Positions 1-9,600 of a DNA stretch of 64,000 bases are shown in pieces. This DNA is from an uncultured Planctomycetaceae bacterium. GTDB taxonomy: Bacteria > Planctomycetota > Planctomycetia > Planctomycetales > Planctomycetaceae. Each line of letters begins with the position of its first letter. The first letter of the stretch is position 1. The position numbers and the translations under genes are program-made. Location of the stretch: positions 1,024,001 to 1,088,000 of the forward strand of contig CAWFGE010000012.1 of the NCBI GenBank assembly GCA_963815195.1, read 5' to 3'. The notes under the pieces were generated by a model, which saw only the letters and a list, made by a program, of their open reading frames with translations, was not told the DNA's origin and did no database searches.

Positions 1-1148
1 CAACGCCGCACAATTCGTTTTTCGCCTCTTGCCTCTGCATGTGCGAACAAAAACTGGCGCACATTGCCGTATTCCGCCCTTTTAGAGACGTTCGATACCT
101 GGAACTTCGATTGAACTTTATCTAATACATCAACCGCCCGGTTGGCCAGTTTTGAATCACCCGAGTTAGCTGCAGTCGATGCGAGTAAAAATGCCGCCCT
201 CACCTGGAGTGGCTTCCAGCGCTCGGGGAATTCGAGAACTTTGTGGACAAGGGAAATTGATGCAGGGAACTTTTGAATGAAGATACGCCAGGGGTTCAAC
301 TCCCTCCACGTGAATGAGGGCATCTCGTAAGGCACCCTATCAGCACAATAGGCGTCCATAGCTTGGACAAAGCGAGAGAATTCCCTCTGTTCGTCTGAAA
401 CAAGAGTGGAGGATGGTACCTTCTGCAAGGCCGCGAGCCACTTTTGAAGCTTGGGGTGCTGAGATGGACTCCAAACCGAGTTATTGCTGCTTGACCATAG
501 ATCGCGGAGGAATTCGTACATGCTCTGATCTGAAACAGGTCCATGCACGCTGGCTGCCTCGGCCAAGGCAGACTTTGGCACTTCAATTTTGCTCAAACGT
601 CCGAACCTTGAATAGAGGTCTACTCCGTCAATGGGAAGTTGAGCGGTCTCGCTTGTCTGCCAGATCGCATCCAATTTTTTTCTGACTCTGCGTCCTTCCG
701 AGAGCATAGCTGCACGAAAATTTTCCGCATCGCCGGAAACAGTTGTAAATTCGCTAAGACCAATCGTTAGCGGTTTGGTCCTCCCTTTCCAATCAGGATG
801 ATTCAACATCCATCTAAAGAATGGCAAGAATCGATAGATGACAGGGTCTTCAAGAACTGATGGCAGAGTCAGATGGAGAAGTATGACCGGGGTTCTTTCA
901 GACAATTGTCCCCATTCGTGAAGGTGGCCTGGTTGGACAGGCCCAAATTTGCGACCTGACTTCACCTGAAAAGAGAAGTTAACATACTCCCGGCGTGTGC
1001 CAGATGTCGTTAACTCATATCTCCCGGTTATATCAATTCCTGAATCAAGTTCTGGGGTGGCAATGTCCTTTATGCCAACTCTCTGGTGCAGAAACTGGGA
1101 GGCGGCGTTTTCAGCCGCTTTACCCATTTTTCGGGATTTCGGACCCAT
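1..1148 (-). CDS. Partial (runs off left edge) protein with N-terminal PD-(D/E)xK / DUF4365-like nuclease domain
   Basis: Hand translation: ATG at 1148 after GGGGAGGG, open for 382 codons to base 1: MGPKSRKMGKAAENAASQFL..PELDSGIDITG..FSFQVKSG. Absent from the ORF track because no stop falls in the window; visibly lower GC than the core genes. Confidence 0.7.
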   Translation of the reverse strand, partial: MGPKSRKMGKAAENAASQFLHQRVGIKDIATPELDSGIDITGRYELTTSGTRREYVNFSFQVKSGRKFGPVQPGHLHEWGQLSERTPVILLHLTLPSVLEDPVIYRFLPFFRWMLNHPDWKGRTKPLTIGLSEFTTVSGDAENFRAAMLSEGRRVRKKLDAIWQTSETAQLPIDGVDLYSRFGRLSKIEVPKSALAEAASVHGPVSDQSMYEFLRDLWSSSNNSVWSPSQHPKLQKWLAALQKVPSSTLVSDEQREFSRFVQAMDAYCADRVPYEMPSFTWRELNPWRIFIQKFPASISLVHKVLEFPERWKPLQVRAAFLLASTAANSGDSKLANRAVDVLDKVQSKFQVSNVSKRAEYGNVRQFLFAHAEARGEKRIVRR

Positions 1149-1197
1149 CGCACCCTCCCCAAAAGGATTAAAAGGACATCTATTCAGGATATAAGGA

Positions 1198-1449
1198 TTA
1201 TCTTTGGCTGGCAAGATCCTGCTTTACCTTATGACATGGCTCATCGGCTAAGAAAGTCGCACCAGGGGGAGCCGTAATCGCAATCCGCCCGCGTCGACCC
1301 TTCCGCCCCACCAGCCGTACCGTGATCTGTATTCCGCCAACCTCAACGATGCGCGACTGGCCCTCGGAGTACCACTCGATCGACGTTGACGACGTTGGCC
1401 GTTCACAGTTGGTGGATGTCTGATCCATCGAGATCTCGTTTAGACTCAT
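1198..1449 (-). CDS. Small CsrA-like (carbon storage regulator fold) protein
   Basis: EGQSRIVEVGGIQITVRLVGRKGRRGRIAITAP resembles the CsrA core GESIxIGxxIxVxVxxxxGxxVRIGIxAP; lacks the typical N-terminal MLxLxR. Confidence 0.45.
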   Translation of the reverse strand: MSLNEISMDQTSTNCERPTSSTSIEWYSEGQSRIVEVGGIQITVRLVGRKGRRGRIAITAPPGATFLADEPCHKVKQDLASQR

Positions 1450-1684
1450 ATGTTTACCCTTAGGTTTTCGGTCGGACAAAGAAAACAAACTCTGCTTTGA
1501 ATTGCGTCTGTTCCCACGGGCGTCGGGAAGAAAATCCCGCCGGGAAGGAACCATGCGGGCCTGGAGGACGCGTTTTCGGGGTGGTTGGCCCCACGGTGGG
1601 CCAGGGCGTTGGGTTGGCCACGCGTCGACCTTTGCCGAGAGAACGCGACAGGCGCAAACGTGAGCGACGTGCGGGGAAGCGGGG

Positions 1685-1828
1685 CTAGGCATCTGAACCT
1701 CCCGCGTGGACGAGCGCGAGAATCCCAGCCTTAATAGGGTCAGAAAGATGGTCCCAGGCGGCGACAACGCGGGCCAAATCCGGGGGAAGAATCGTGCCGG
1801 AATCGGCAGCGTGCGGGCTCGGCACCAT
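1685..1828 (-). CDS. Small island-associated hypothetical protein (PDLARVVAAW type)
   Basis: LPPDLARVVAAWDHLSDPIKAGILALV, a peptide pattern I recognise next to planctomycete integrase/att sites; start uncertain. Confidence 0.4.
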   Translation of the reverse strand: MVPSPHAADSGTILPPDLARVVAAWDHLSDPIKAGILALVHAGGSDA

Positions 1829-1896
1829 AGTGGGCACCTTGCCCCCGTCGTCTCGACGTAACTCTTGGTCTAATTCGTCGTTACGCGAATTGTCCT

Positions 1897-1967
1897 CCGG
1901 TCTTGAAAACCGGCGTGGCGTCACAACCACCGGGGGTTCGAATCCCCCCCTCTCCGCTCTTGACATA
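1897..1967 (+). repeat. 3' fragment of tRNA-Ser(UGA), att site copy 1
   Basis: Anticodon arm CCGGT-CTTGAAA-ACCGG, long variable arm GTGG..CCAC, T arm GGGGG-TTCGAAT-CCCCC, acceptor 3' strand CCTCTCC-G; no 5' acceptor strand or D arm upstream. Confidence 0.88.
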
Positions 1968-2054
1968 ACGGGGGTAAAGCCTTGTGGCATGCCAGAGAGC
2001 CGAAGAAAGCGGCAAAACCGCCACCAACAAAACTTGCAACATATGTAGGCGGCA

Positions 2055-2204
2055 CTACTCCGCCAGCGTCGGAAAGCCCGCCACAGCATCGGCAAGCTCC
2101 GCAAACTCTCGCGTCGTGTACCGATCCAAGAGAACACCCGACGAAGCCCTCGCAAGCTTTCTAGCCAGTCTTTCCGAGACACCCGCCCGATCAACGAGCG
2201 CCAG
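2055..2204 (-). pseudogene. C-terminal remnant of a tyrosine recombinase/integrase
   Basis: LALVDRAGVSERLARKLARASSGVLLDRYTTREFAELADAVAGFP matches the integrase tail pattern (xGVxxxxAQxLARHSxxxLTxxxYT...DLxxAVxxLP) and ends ~90 bp from the att. Confidence 0.6.
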
Positions 2205-2610
2205 CGGCACTGCGGCCGACGAGGGCGGAGGTGGGATCTTCAACACCACCGGCGGCACCGTCAGTCTTTCCACCAGCAGGTTGGGTTACAACACCGTCGC
2301 CAGCAACGGCGGCGGGATTCTCAACCACGGCACGATGACCATCACGATTACCCTCATTCCAGAGAACGACGGCGTGGCCGAGAAGCTTGAGACGTTCAAG
2401 GTGTGGCTGGAAACGTCCCCTGATGACAGCTATTCAATTCCCAAATCGTCGCAGGAACTTAAGGACAGCGGCAAGAACGTGGGCGACGCGGGTGCGTATC
2501 GTCTCTTTCCGCAGGTGCTTGACGGCGTCACGCTCTTCGGACCAAACAACAAAATACCGCTGAATGGCGTGTCAATGATCGTTGATTATGGCTCCTGTCC
2601 GCGGCTATGA
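2200..2610 (+). pseudogene. Fragments of a large surface protein (GGGIxN beta-helix repeats, Calx-beta-like piece)
   Basis: GGGGIFNTTGGTVSL..NGGGILNHGTMTI followed by ITLIPENDGVAEKLETFKVWL; no credible start. Confidence 0.45.
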
Positions 2611-2651
2611 CAATTCTCTCCAGTCGAACCATCACTTTTAAGGAAACCGAG

Positions 2652-3350
2652 ATGTTGCGAAAACTCTTCTTTTCAGTCGGATTGTGTTCCGCCCTGTTTG
2701 GTTTCTTGGCGGTTGCCGAAGAGGCGGCCCAACCCGCCGAGGAATTGGAAACGCTGATGTGCGAGCGAGGCAAGCTGCTGCTCAGCGACAATTTCAACAA
2801 GGGACCGGCCAAAGCCTGGCGGGTTCTCAAGGGAAAATGGGAAACGGCGGACGGTGCCACGCGCGGGGCCGAGTTGAAGGCCGACATGCACGGCGCCGTG
2901 ATTCGCGCCAACCTGCCGTTTCGCAACGCGGTGATTCAGTATTCCTTCATGCTCCAGGGAGCAAAGACGACCACCTTCAGCATTAACGACGCAAAGGGGC
3001 ATAATTCCCGCGTGGTCATCAACGCCGGCGGCTTCACGGCTCGAAAAGACGATCACGATCATGCCGGGCCGGACCAGGCGGTCGTTTTGCAACGGGTCAA
3101 GCGGCCGATTTCAGAAGGTCGATGGCATACGCTGGTAATCGAAGTCAACGGCCCCGAGTTCCTGGCCCGATTGGATGAAAAGCCGATCGCTTTTGGATCG
3201 CACCCGGCAATCGACGTCGACAAGACCAACGTCGGCCTGACGGTTGGCGGCGAATCGGTTTCATTCAAGAATCTCCGCGTTTGGGAAGCTTCGCCCAAAC
3301 CGGGATGGCCCGAAGCAAAAGCGAATCTCCTGCCCCAGCAAAAAAAGTGA
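2652..3350 (+). CDS. Secreted concanavalin/LamG (DUF1080-like) beta-sandwich protein
   Basis: Signal peptide; GKLLLSDNF..W..GKW, WHTLVIEVNG, VSFKNLRVWEA. Confidence 0.7.
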   Translation: MLRKLFFSVGLCSALFGFLAVAEEAAQPAEELETLMCERGKLLLSDNFNKGPAKAWRVLKGKWETADGATRGAELKADMHGAVIRANLPFRNAVIQYSFMLQGAKTTTFSINDAKGHNSRVVINAGGFTARKDDHDHAGPDQAVVLQRVKRPISEGRWHTLVIEVNGPEFLARLDEKPIAFGSHPAIDVDKTNVGLTVGGESVSFKNLRVWEASPKPGWPEAKANLLPQQKK

Positions 3351-3535
3351 GGAACTCGAAGCGGGCCGACGACGCCCCCCCGAACTTTGTCCGTCAAAAA
3401 CAATCGGAAGATCGCCCCATCCGTCGGGCTGGCCAACCGAACGCGACACCGCCCAACGTCAAGCCACGTGCGGCAAATCCGTGCGATTATACTTTCCATT
3501 GAGAGGTTGAGGTTCGTCCAAAGCCATCTCGCGGA

Positions 3536-4402
3536 CTAAACTAGCCGAGCCAGCCGCTCCGGCAGCGGGGATTCAAACCGGCAGAGTTCTCCAGAAACCG
3601 GGTGCGGGAAATGCAAAGAAGTCGCGTGCAAGGCGAGCCTCCCCACGAGGTCAGTGACGGCTCCATATTTTTTGTCACCAACGATCGGACAGCCAGCCTC
3701 TGCAAGCTGAACGCGAATCTGATTCCGCCGGCCCGTCTCCAGTTTCAATTCGATCAAGGTGTGGTTCGCGGTTCGCTTAACCGCGTGGTAATGGGTGATG
3801 GCCAGACGTGTTTGGGGACTCGGCGGAGCCTTTTGCACTTTAAAGGGCCGGCTCTCATCCAGATACGTCCTGAAAATGCCCAGCTCGGCAGGGGGATGAC
3901 CTTCCACAACAGCCTGGTAGCGTTTGTCGGTCAGATTCCAGTTGGTCTGGAGCGTTCGCTTGGCCGCCTTCGTCTTGGCAAACACCATCAAGCCTGAAGT
4001 CTCGCGATCTAACCGATGGACAATCCACACTCGCTCACGGCTTTGCACGTGACCGCTTTTGACGTAGTTCATGAGCAAAGCATGGGCCGTCTTCTCTCGT
4101 TCCGACTCGCTGCCCATGCTCAGGAGATTTGTTGGTTTCTCAATCACAATCAGCGAGGAATCCTCGAACACGACCTCGAGGCCCTGGGGAAGTCGTCCCA
4201 AATTCCGCCTCTCGCCTGAAGAAAGGGAAACCTCGTCCCCCGGCTTGAGCGGATAGTTGAACTGGGTGAGAGATCGGCCATTGACTTGAACCGCCCCGTG
4301 TTTCAGCCACTGACGCAGCTTGGTTTTCTTTACGTCGGGGCATTTGGCAAAAACAAAGGCTAAGAGTTCCGCAGGGTCTTCGACACGAAAAGAGACGGGC
4401 AT
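3536..4402 (-). CDS. RluA-family pseudouridine synthase with S4 domain
   Basis: IVHRLDRETSGLMVFAK catalytic motif, LETGRRNQIRVQL, IVGDKKYG, LALHA. Confidence 0.93.
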   Translation of the reverse strand: MPVSFRVEDPAELLAFVFAKCPDVKKTKLRQWLKHGAVQVNGRSLTQFNYPLKPGDEVSLSSGERRNLGRLPQGLEVVFEDSSLIVIEKPTNLLSMGSESEREKTAHALLMNYVKSGHVQSRERVWIVHRLDRETSGLMVFAKTKAAKRTLQTNWNLTDKRYQAVVEGHPPAELGIFRTYLDESRPFKVQKAPPSPQTRLAITHYHAVKRTANHTLIELKLETGRRNQIRVQLAEAGCPIVGDKKYGAVTDLVGRLALHATSLHFPHPVSGELCRFESPLPERLARLV

Positions 4403-4639
4403 GATGGGGTGTGTTAACCGAGGAAATGTTTGGCGATCCTTTCCCGATACTCATACCCGACCTGGACATTGGGCCGCAAGTGAGGATGGACAAACTGAAG
4501 CAGTCCGTGGGTCGCTTATCCCGACACGGCCGCAGCAGCAAATTTTCCGAACCGCAGATGGGCAAACAGGTGGAGATGAATGCAAAAATGGTAGCCGATT
4601 TAGCGGACCGACGCCCCCCAAACCTGCACCCGTTGGCCG

Positions 4640-5340
4640 TCAATATTCACCGTCCCACAACTTTTCCCGGCAAGTCCTCAGCAGCAGGTTTTTCCACAGT
4701 TGCAGGTTGGCAAATTGCTCCTCGTCGGTCAGGAACAGTCGAAAGATGGATCGGGACGCGACCAGGATCATTTTTCGCTTGGCCCGGCTGAGGGCCACCG
4801 TCAGGCGGCGGGGATCTAACAGAAACCCGCTGGTCGCTAACAGATATGCCTGGTCACTTTCGGTGGCGCTGACGAGGATCACGTTGCGTTCGCCGCCCTG
4901 GAAACGTTCGACCGTGTCCACCGCGGAACGGATCAAGGTGCCGGTGATGGCATCCCATTCATTGAGTTCAGGAAATGCTTGCTGCAAGGCGACCCGCTGG
5001 GCCCGGTGAGGAACTACGATTCCCAGGCCGGTTTTGTGATCCATGCCATAGGCTTTCGGATCGGCCAATAGACGAATCAGAGGCTCAATCAGCCGCTGCT
5101 CGAATTCGTTCCGCATTTGGCTTCCGGCCTCATCGTGCACTACCACGGTCAACGGATGTTGCGGCGAGAGCACCGCCGCAAGGAATCCTTCGGGGTGATC
5201 ATGGTCCGGAATCAATTCGCACTTCTGCGAAAAGTATTCGATCCCGTCGTGGCGATAGATCTCCTGCCGCAAGAACTCGGCCATCGTGTGATGCAGCCGA
5301 AAACTTTCAGCGAACTGGATTAGCGGCACGTCAGAGTTCA
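4640..5340 (-). pseudogene. C-terminal fragment of an SF1 (Upf1/DNA2-like, AAA_12) helicase
   Basis: ESFRLH, GIVVPHRAQ, VDTVERFQGGERNVI, DPRRLTVALSRAK; the Walker A/B half is absent. Confidence 0.75.
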
Positions 5341-5451
5341 AAGAGTAATCCTGCGACAGAGTAGGCTCGTTACCAACGGCCGCCGTCTGCAGAATCAATG
5401 CGGCGGCGGTCGTTCATCGTAAGGGCTTGGCACAACAACAGGAGAGAGCGC

Positions 5452-5793
5452 ATGTGGTGGGCAATTTGTAAAACCTTGATCGCCGCGGCGATCATTTCCG
5501 CCGTTTCGGAGGTCGGAACCCGTTATCCCCGGCTCGGCGGATTGCTGCTCACCTTGCCGATCGTGAGCATCCTGGCCTTTATCTTCACCTGGACCGGCCA
5601 GCGAGATTTGACCGCGATTTCCCGGCTGGCCCGCGAAACCCTCATCCTCGTGCCGTTGGGCTTGCCTTTCTTCCTGCCCCTGGCATTCGCCGATCGATTG
5701 GGACTGAACTTCTGGCCCGCCTTTGCCAGCGGCATTCTCTTGGCGTCCCTCACAATCGGCCTTTGGTTCTGGCTGGGACCGCAAAAACTGTAA
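5452..5793 (+). CDS. DUF3147-like small membrane protein
   Basis: KTLIAAAIISAVSEV..RYPRLGGLLLTLPIVSILA; 4 hydrophobic segments; GGAGAG RBS. Confidence 0.8.
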   Translation: MWWAICKTLIAAAIISAVSEVGTRYPRLGGLLLTLPIVSILAFIFTWTGQRDLTAISRLARETLILVPLGLPFFLPLAFADRLGLNFWPAFASGILLASLTIGLWFWLGPQKL

Positions 5794-5811
5794 GCCCCCA
5801 GTATGTGGATG

Positions 5812-5970
5812 CCTTGGACCGTGGAATTGACCGGCAATTTCGCCAATACGAACGTGCCGCTGATTGTCGGCGACGGCAGCAGCCTGATCGGCGCGGCCTC
5901 GCTCACGAGCCTCACCACGCAAGACGGGGCGGCGGTGGTTAATGAAATCCACGAGTTCACCGTCGCCAAA
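5812..5970 (+). pseudogene. Isolated repeat unit of a large surface/tail-like protein
   Basis: WTVELTGNFANTNVPLIVGDGSSLIG..TTQDG..NEIHEFTV. Confidence 0.35.
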
Positions 5971-6154
5971 ACCGCCACAGTGTCCATTTTACAGTGTCCA
6001 TTTTGTTGCATGAAAGTGAGGTGACCAAAAGTTGCAGACGCACGGAAAAAGGTTTGTTCATTTTTGCTCCCGATTTTCGGGTGGGACGGTTTGAAAACGC
6101 CCGGCGGGAAAAGCCCGCCAGGCTTGATGTTTCTTTTGCAACCCTCGACTGGGA

Positions 6155-6607
6155 TTACGGAGACTGTGACTTGAGCGAGGCCGCGTAGAGGGCGTTGACT
6201 TTGCTCAAGTAGGTCTTGGGGTCCGCTGCGATCTTTTTCGTGCAGGGCGGGCAGCAGACGAAGATGATCTGCCCTTTGGTAATCGTCCACTTGGGATTTT
6301 TCGGCAGGGGCCTATTCATCACCGGGCACTTCGCCTGGGCTTTGGCGAAGTGGGCGTGAATCGTCGCCCAGTGCTTGGGATCGACTTTGCCCTTGAGGCA
6401 ACTCTGGCAGCACAGGTAAACCTCTTCCTGGCCGATTTTGGCCTTGATGGGTTGACCGTGATCGCCAAGTTTCTGGCCGGACACGGGGCAGATTTCCTGT
6501 ACAGCGATTCGCACCTGTTCGGGCGATTTCGGCTCCTCGGCAACGGCCAAAGCACCGATACCCAAAACGAGCGCGATCGCCGCCAGCACTCCATTGCAGT
6601 TCTTCAT
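6155..6607 (-). CDS. Secreted tandem YHS/TRASH-like metal-binding protein
   Basis: Signal peptide; two CPV(S/M)...CCxxC modules (QEICPVSG..YLCCQSC; QAKCPVM..FVCCPPC). Confidence 0.8.
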   Translation of the reverse strand: MKNCNGVLAAIALVLGIGALAVAEEPKSPEQVRIAVQEICPVSGQKLGDHGQPIKAKIGQEEVYLCCQSCLKGKVDPKHWATIHAHFAKAQAKCPVMNRPLPKNPKWTITKGQIIFVCCPPCTKKIAADPKTYLSKVNALYAASLKSQSP

Positions 6608-6672
6608 GCGTTTCTCCTTTCTTCGGTCAACAGAATCGAACACGACCATACGTGTTTCCCATAACGTGACCT

Positions 6673-9600
6673 TCAGGCGGCCAGTTGGTTTTCCCGCGCA
6701 TCGGCGGGAGTCCAAATTTCATCCTGAAAGCCGGCCCGCATTTTGAATTCCATGTAAGCACAATACAGTGTGGGCACGATGAACGATGTGAATGGTTCGA
6801 TCAGCATGCCGCCGAACACCGGCAGCGCCATCGCCCGGGCCACGTCCGCGCCGCGTCCTGTGGAAGTCAACACGGGCACCAACGCCGCCAGCGTGGTGAG
6901 CGTGGTCATCAAGCAGGGACGGACCCGCTTGAGGCCGGCTTCGTAAATCGCCTCGCGCAAGTCGTCCACCGTCTGAATTTTCCGGCGTTTGAGCACCTGG
7001 CGGATGTAGGTCGCCATCACCACCCCGTCATCGACGGCCACGCCGAACAAGGCGATAAAGCCCACCCAAATCGCGGTGTTCATCTTCACGTCCATCAGGG
7101 CCACGGCGATCATCCCGCCGGCAAACGACACCGGAATCCCCGAAAACACCACCAGTGAAATCGGCAGGTTCCGAAAGTCGAGGTACAAGAGCAGCAAGTT
7201 GATCAGCATCACCGCGGGCACGATCCACATCAAACGCCGATTGGCTTCGATTTGATTTTGAAACGAGCCCACAGCTTGCAGTTCGAAATTGCCTTCGGGG
7301 AATCTCAAGTCGCCGGAGGCCCGCGCGGTTCGCAAAGAGTTCATCACCGCATCCACGGTTTCCAGATCGCCCGTCATGCCGGACGGGGAAAACGCGACGT
7401 GCGCGACCAGGCGGGCATCTTCGCTGTTGATCGCCCCCGGTCCCCAGGTCGTCGTAACCTGAGCCAACCGCTCCAGCGGGACGACTTCTTGGGAATGCGT
7501 GACGACGGGCACCTTGTCCAGTTCGTCCAGCCGTTCCCGCACGTTTCTTTGGTAGCGAATCTGGATGGGATAACGCTCCCGGCCTTCGACCGTCGTCGTC
7601 GCATCCACGCCGCCGAGGCCTGCCGAGACAATTTGATTAACCATCCGCGTCGTCATCCCGTAACGGGCCGCTTCCTCGCGATCGACCTCGAATTCATAAT
7701 ACGGCTTCCCCATCACGATGTCCGGGTTGACTGTGCCCGCGTTGACGAGCGGCAGGGTTTTCAGATGCTCGGCCACGGCGAGCGACGTTTTTGCCAGTCC
7801 CTCCAGGCTGTTGCCGTAAACGCGAACGGCCATCGACGCCTTGATGCCGCTTTGCAGCATGACGACTCGGCCTTCAATGGGTTGCAGCGGCGAAGCGGGC
7901 GTCACGCCTGGCAGCGTGGCCACGCGGTTGATCTCGTCCCAAATCTTGCGGGGGGTCATGCCCTCCCGCCATTCGCTCTTCGGTTTGAGCATCACATAGG
8001 TTTCAACCATCGCCGCGGGTGCGGGATCGAGGGCCGACTCGACCCGGCCGATTTTGCCCAGGACGTTGGCAACTTCGGGAATGCCCTTGATCAGCGCATC
8101 CTGCGTTTGCAACACTTCCATCGCCTGGGAGAAACTTGCGGCCGGGTACAAGCTGGGCATGTAAAACCAACTGCCCTCGTCGAGTGCGATCCAATCGTCG
8201 GTCTTAAGGCCCGTGAACGTGTGTTTGGTCTTCACATAACCGGGCACCTGATTGAGATCCGCACCGAGCATCAAACACGCCTTTTCGACGGGCCGAAGCA
8301 CCGTCGGCAAGCCGATCCAGGCTCCCAGTCCGATCACGAAAATGATGCAGGGAAACGAGAGCATCAGCACTTTCCGGCGGAGGGCCATCCGCAATCGGCC
8401 CGCATACACCCAATGCACGAATCGGCTGACCGGGTTCTCTTCCATGGGCCGAATTTTTTCCCGCATCATCCACCAGCCAATAAAGAAGCCCAAACCGAAG
8501 CTTGCCGCCGCGAACCATTCCGCCTTCCACCCCGTCGAGACTTCGAGCCGATGACCCCACACGAAAAAGCACACGCCGCCGGCTAATCCCGCAAAGCTTA
8601 TCGCGGCCGCGAGGTTCGTCCGCCACGAAGTACGGGAGGACTTGAGGAACAATCGGCAGAGCAAAGGCACGATGGTCACGGCCACAATCAGGCTGGCCGC
8701 GAGCGCAAAGGTTTTCGTCCAGGCCAACGGCGCGAACAAGCGGTGATCCCGCCCCGTCAGAAAGAACACGGGCAGGAAACTGACGATCGTTGTGCTGACC
8801 GCCGTCATCACCGCCGGCACCACTTCGCTCGCCGCTTCGCGAATGACTTGGAGTCTGCCCCGGGCTCCCTCCGGCGAGCCCGCGGCTTCCCAGTCTGCAA
8901 GGGCTCCATAGATATTTTCCAGTACGATGATGCCCATATCGACCATCGTGCCGATGGCGATCGCAATCCCCGCGAGCGACATAATGTTGGCATCCACGCC
9001 GAAGACTTTCATGGCGATAAAGGACATCAACACGGCCATCGGCAAGGTGATCGCAATCACCAAACTCGCCCGCACATGCAGCAGAAACAGCACCATCACG
9101 GCGATGGTGATCAGAGTTTCGTGCACCAACGCGTTCGACAGCGTGCCCACGGTTTCATCGATTAACAGCGTGCGGTCGTAGATGCCGTGGATTTGAATGC
9201 CGCCGAGTTCCGATTCCAGCGCGGCGATCTTTTGCTTCACGCGGGCAATCACGTCCCGCGGGTTTTCGCCGTAGCGCATGACGACCACGCCGCCGACCGC
9301 TTCTTGACCGTTCCAATCCAAAGCGCCGCGGCGAAACGCGGGACCGATTTGGACTTGGGCCAGGTCTTTGATCCGCACCGGCACGCCGTCGCGGGTAATG
9401 ACCACCGTGTTCTCGATCTGCTCGATCGTTTCCGGTTCGGTCTTGCCCGAGCCGATGAACCCCTTGCCCCGCACGATGAACTCCATGCCGTTCGATTCGA
9501 CGGTCTTGGCTCCGACATCAATGTTGGAGGATTTCACCGCATCGATGACCTGGCTTAAGGGCAGGTTGTGATAGCGGAGGGCATCGGGATCGATCTCGAT

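Noticed and set aside
1897..1958. Functional tRNA-Ser gene (also 14218-14279)
   Set aside because: 5' acceptor strand and D arm are missing in both copies; treated as att remnants
4411..4640. Plus-strand ORF piece between RluA and the helicase fragment
   Set aside because: Plausible-looking peptide but no recognisable family, and the frame runs antisense into the helicase fragment
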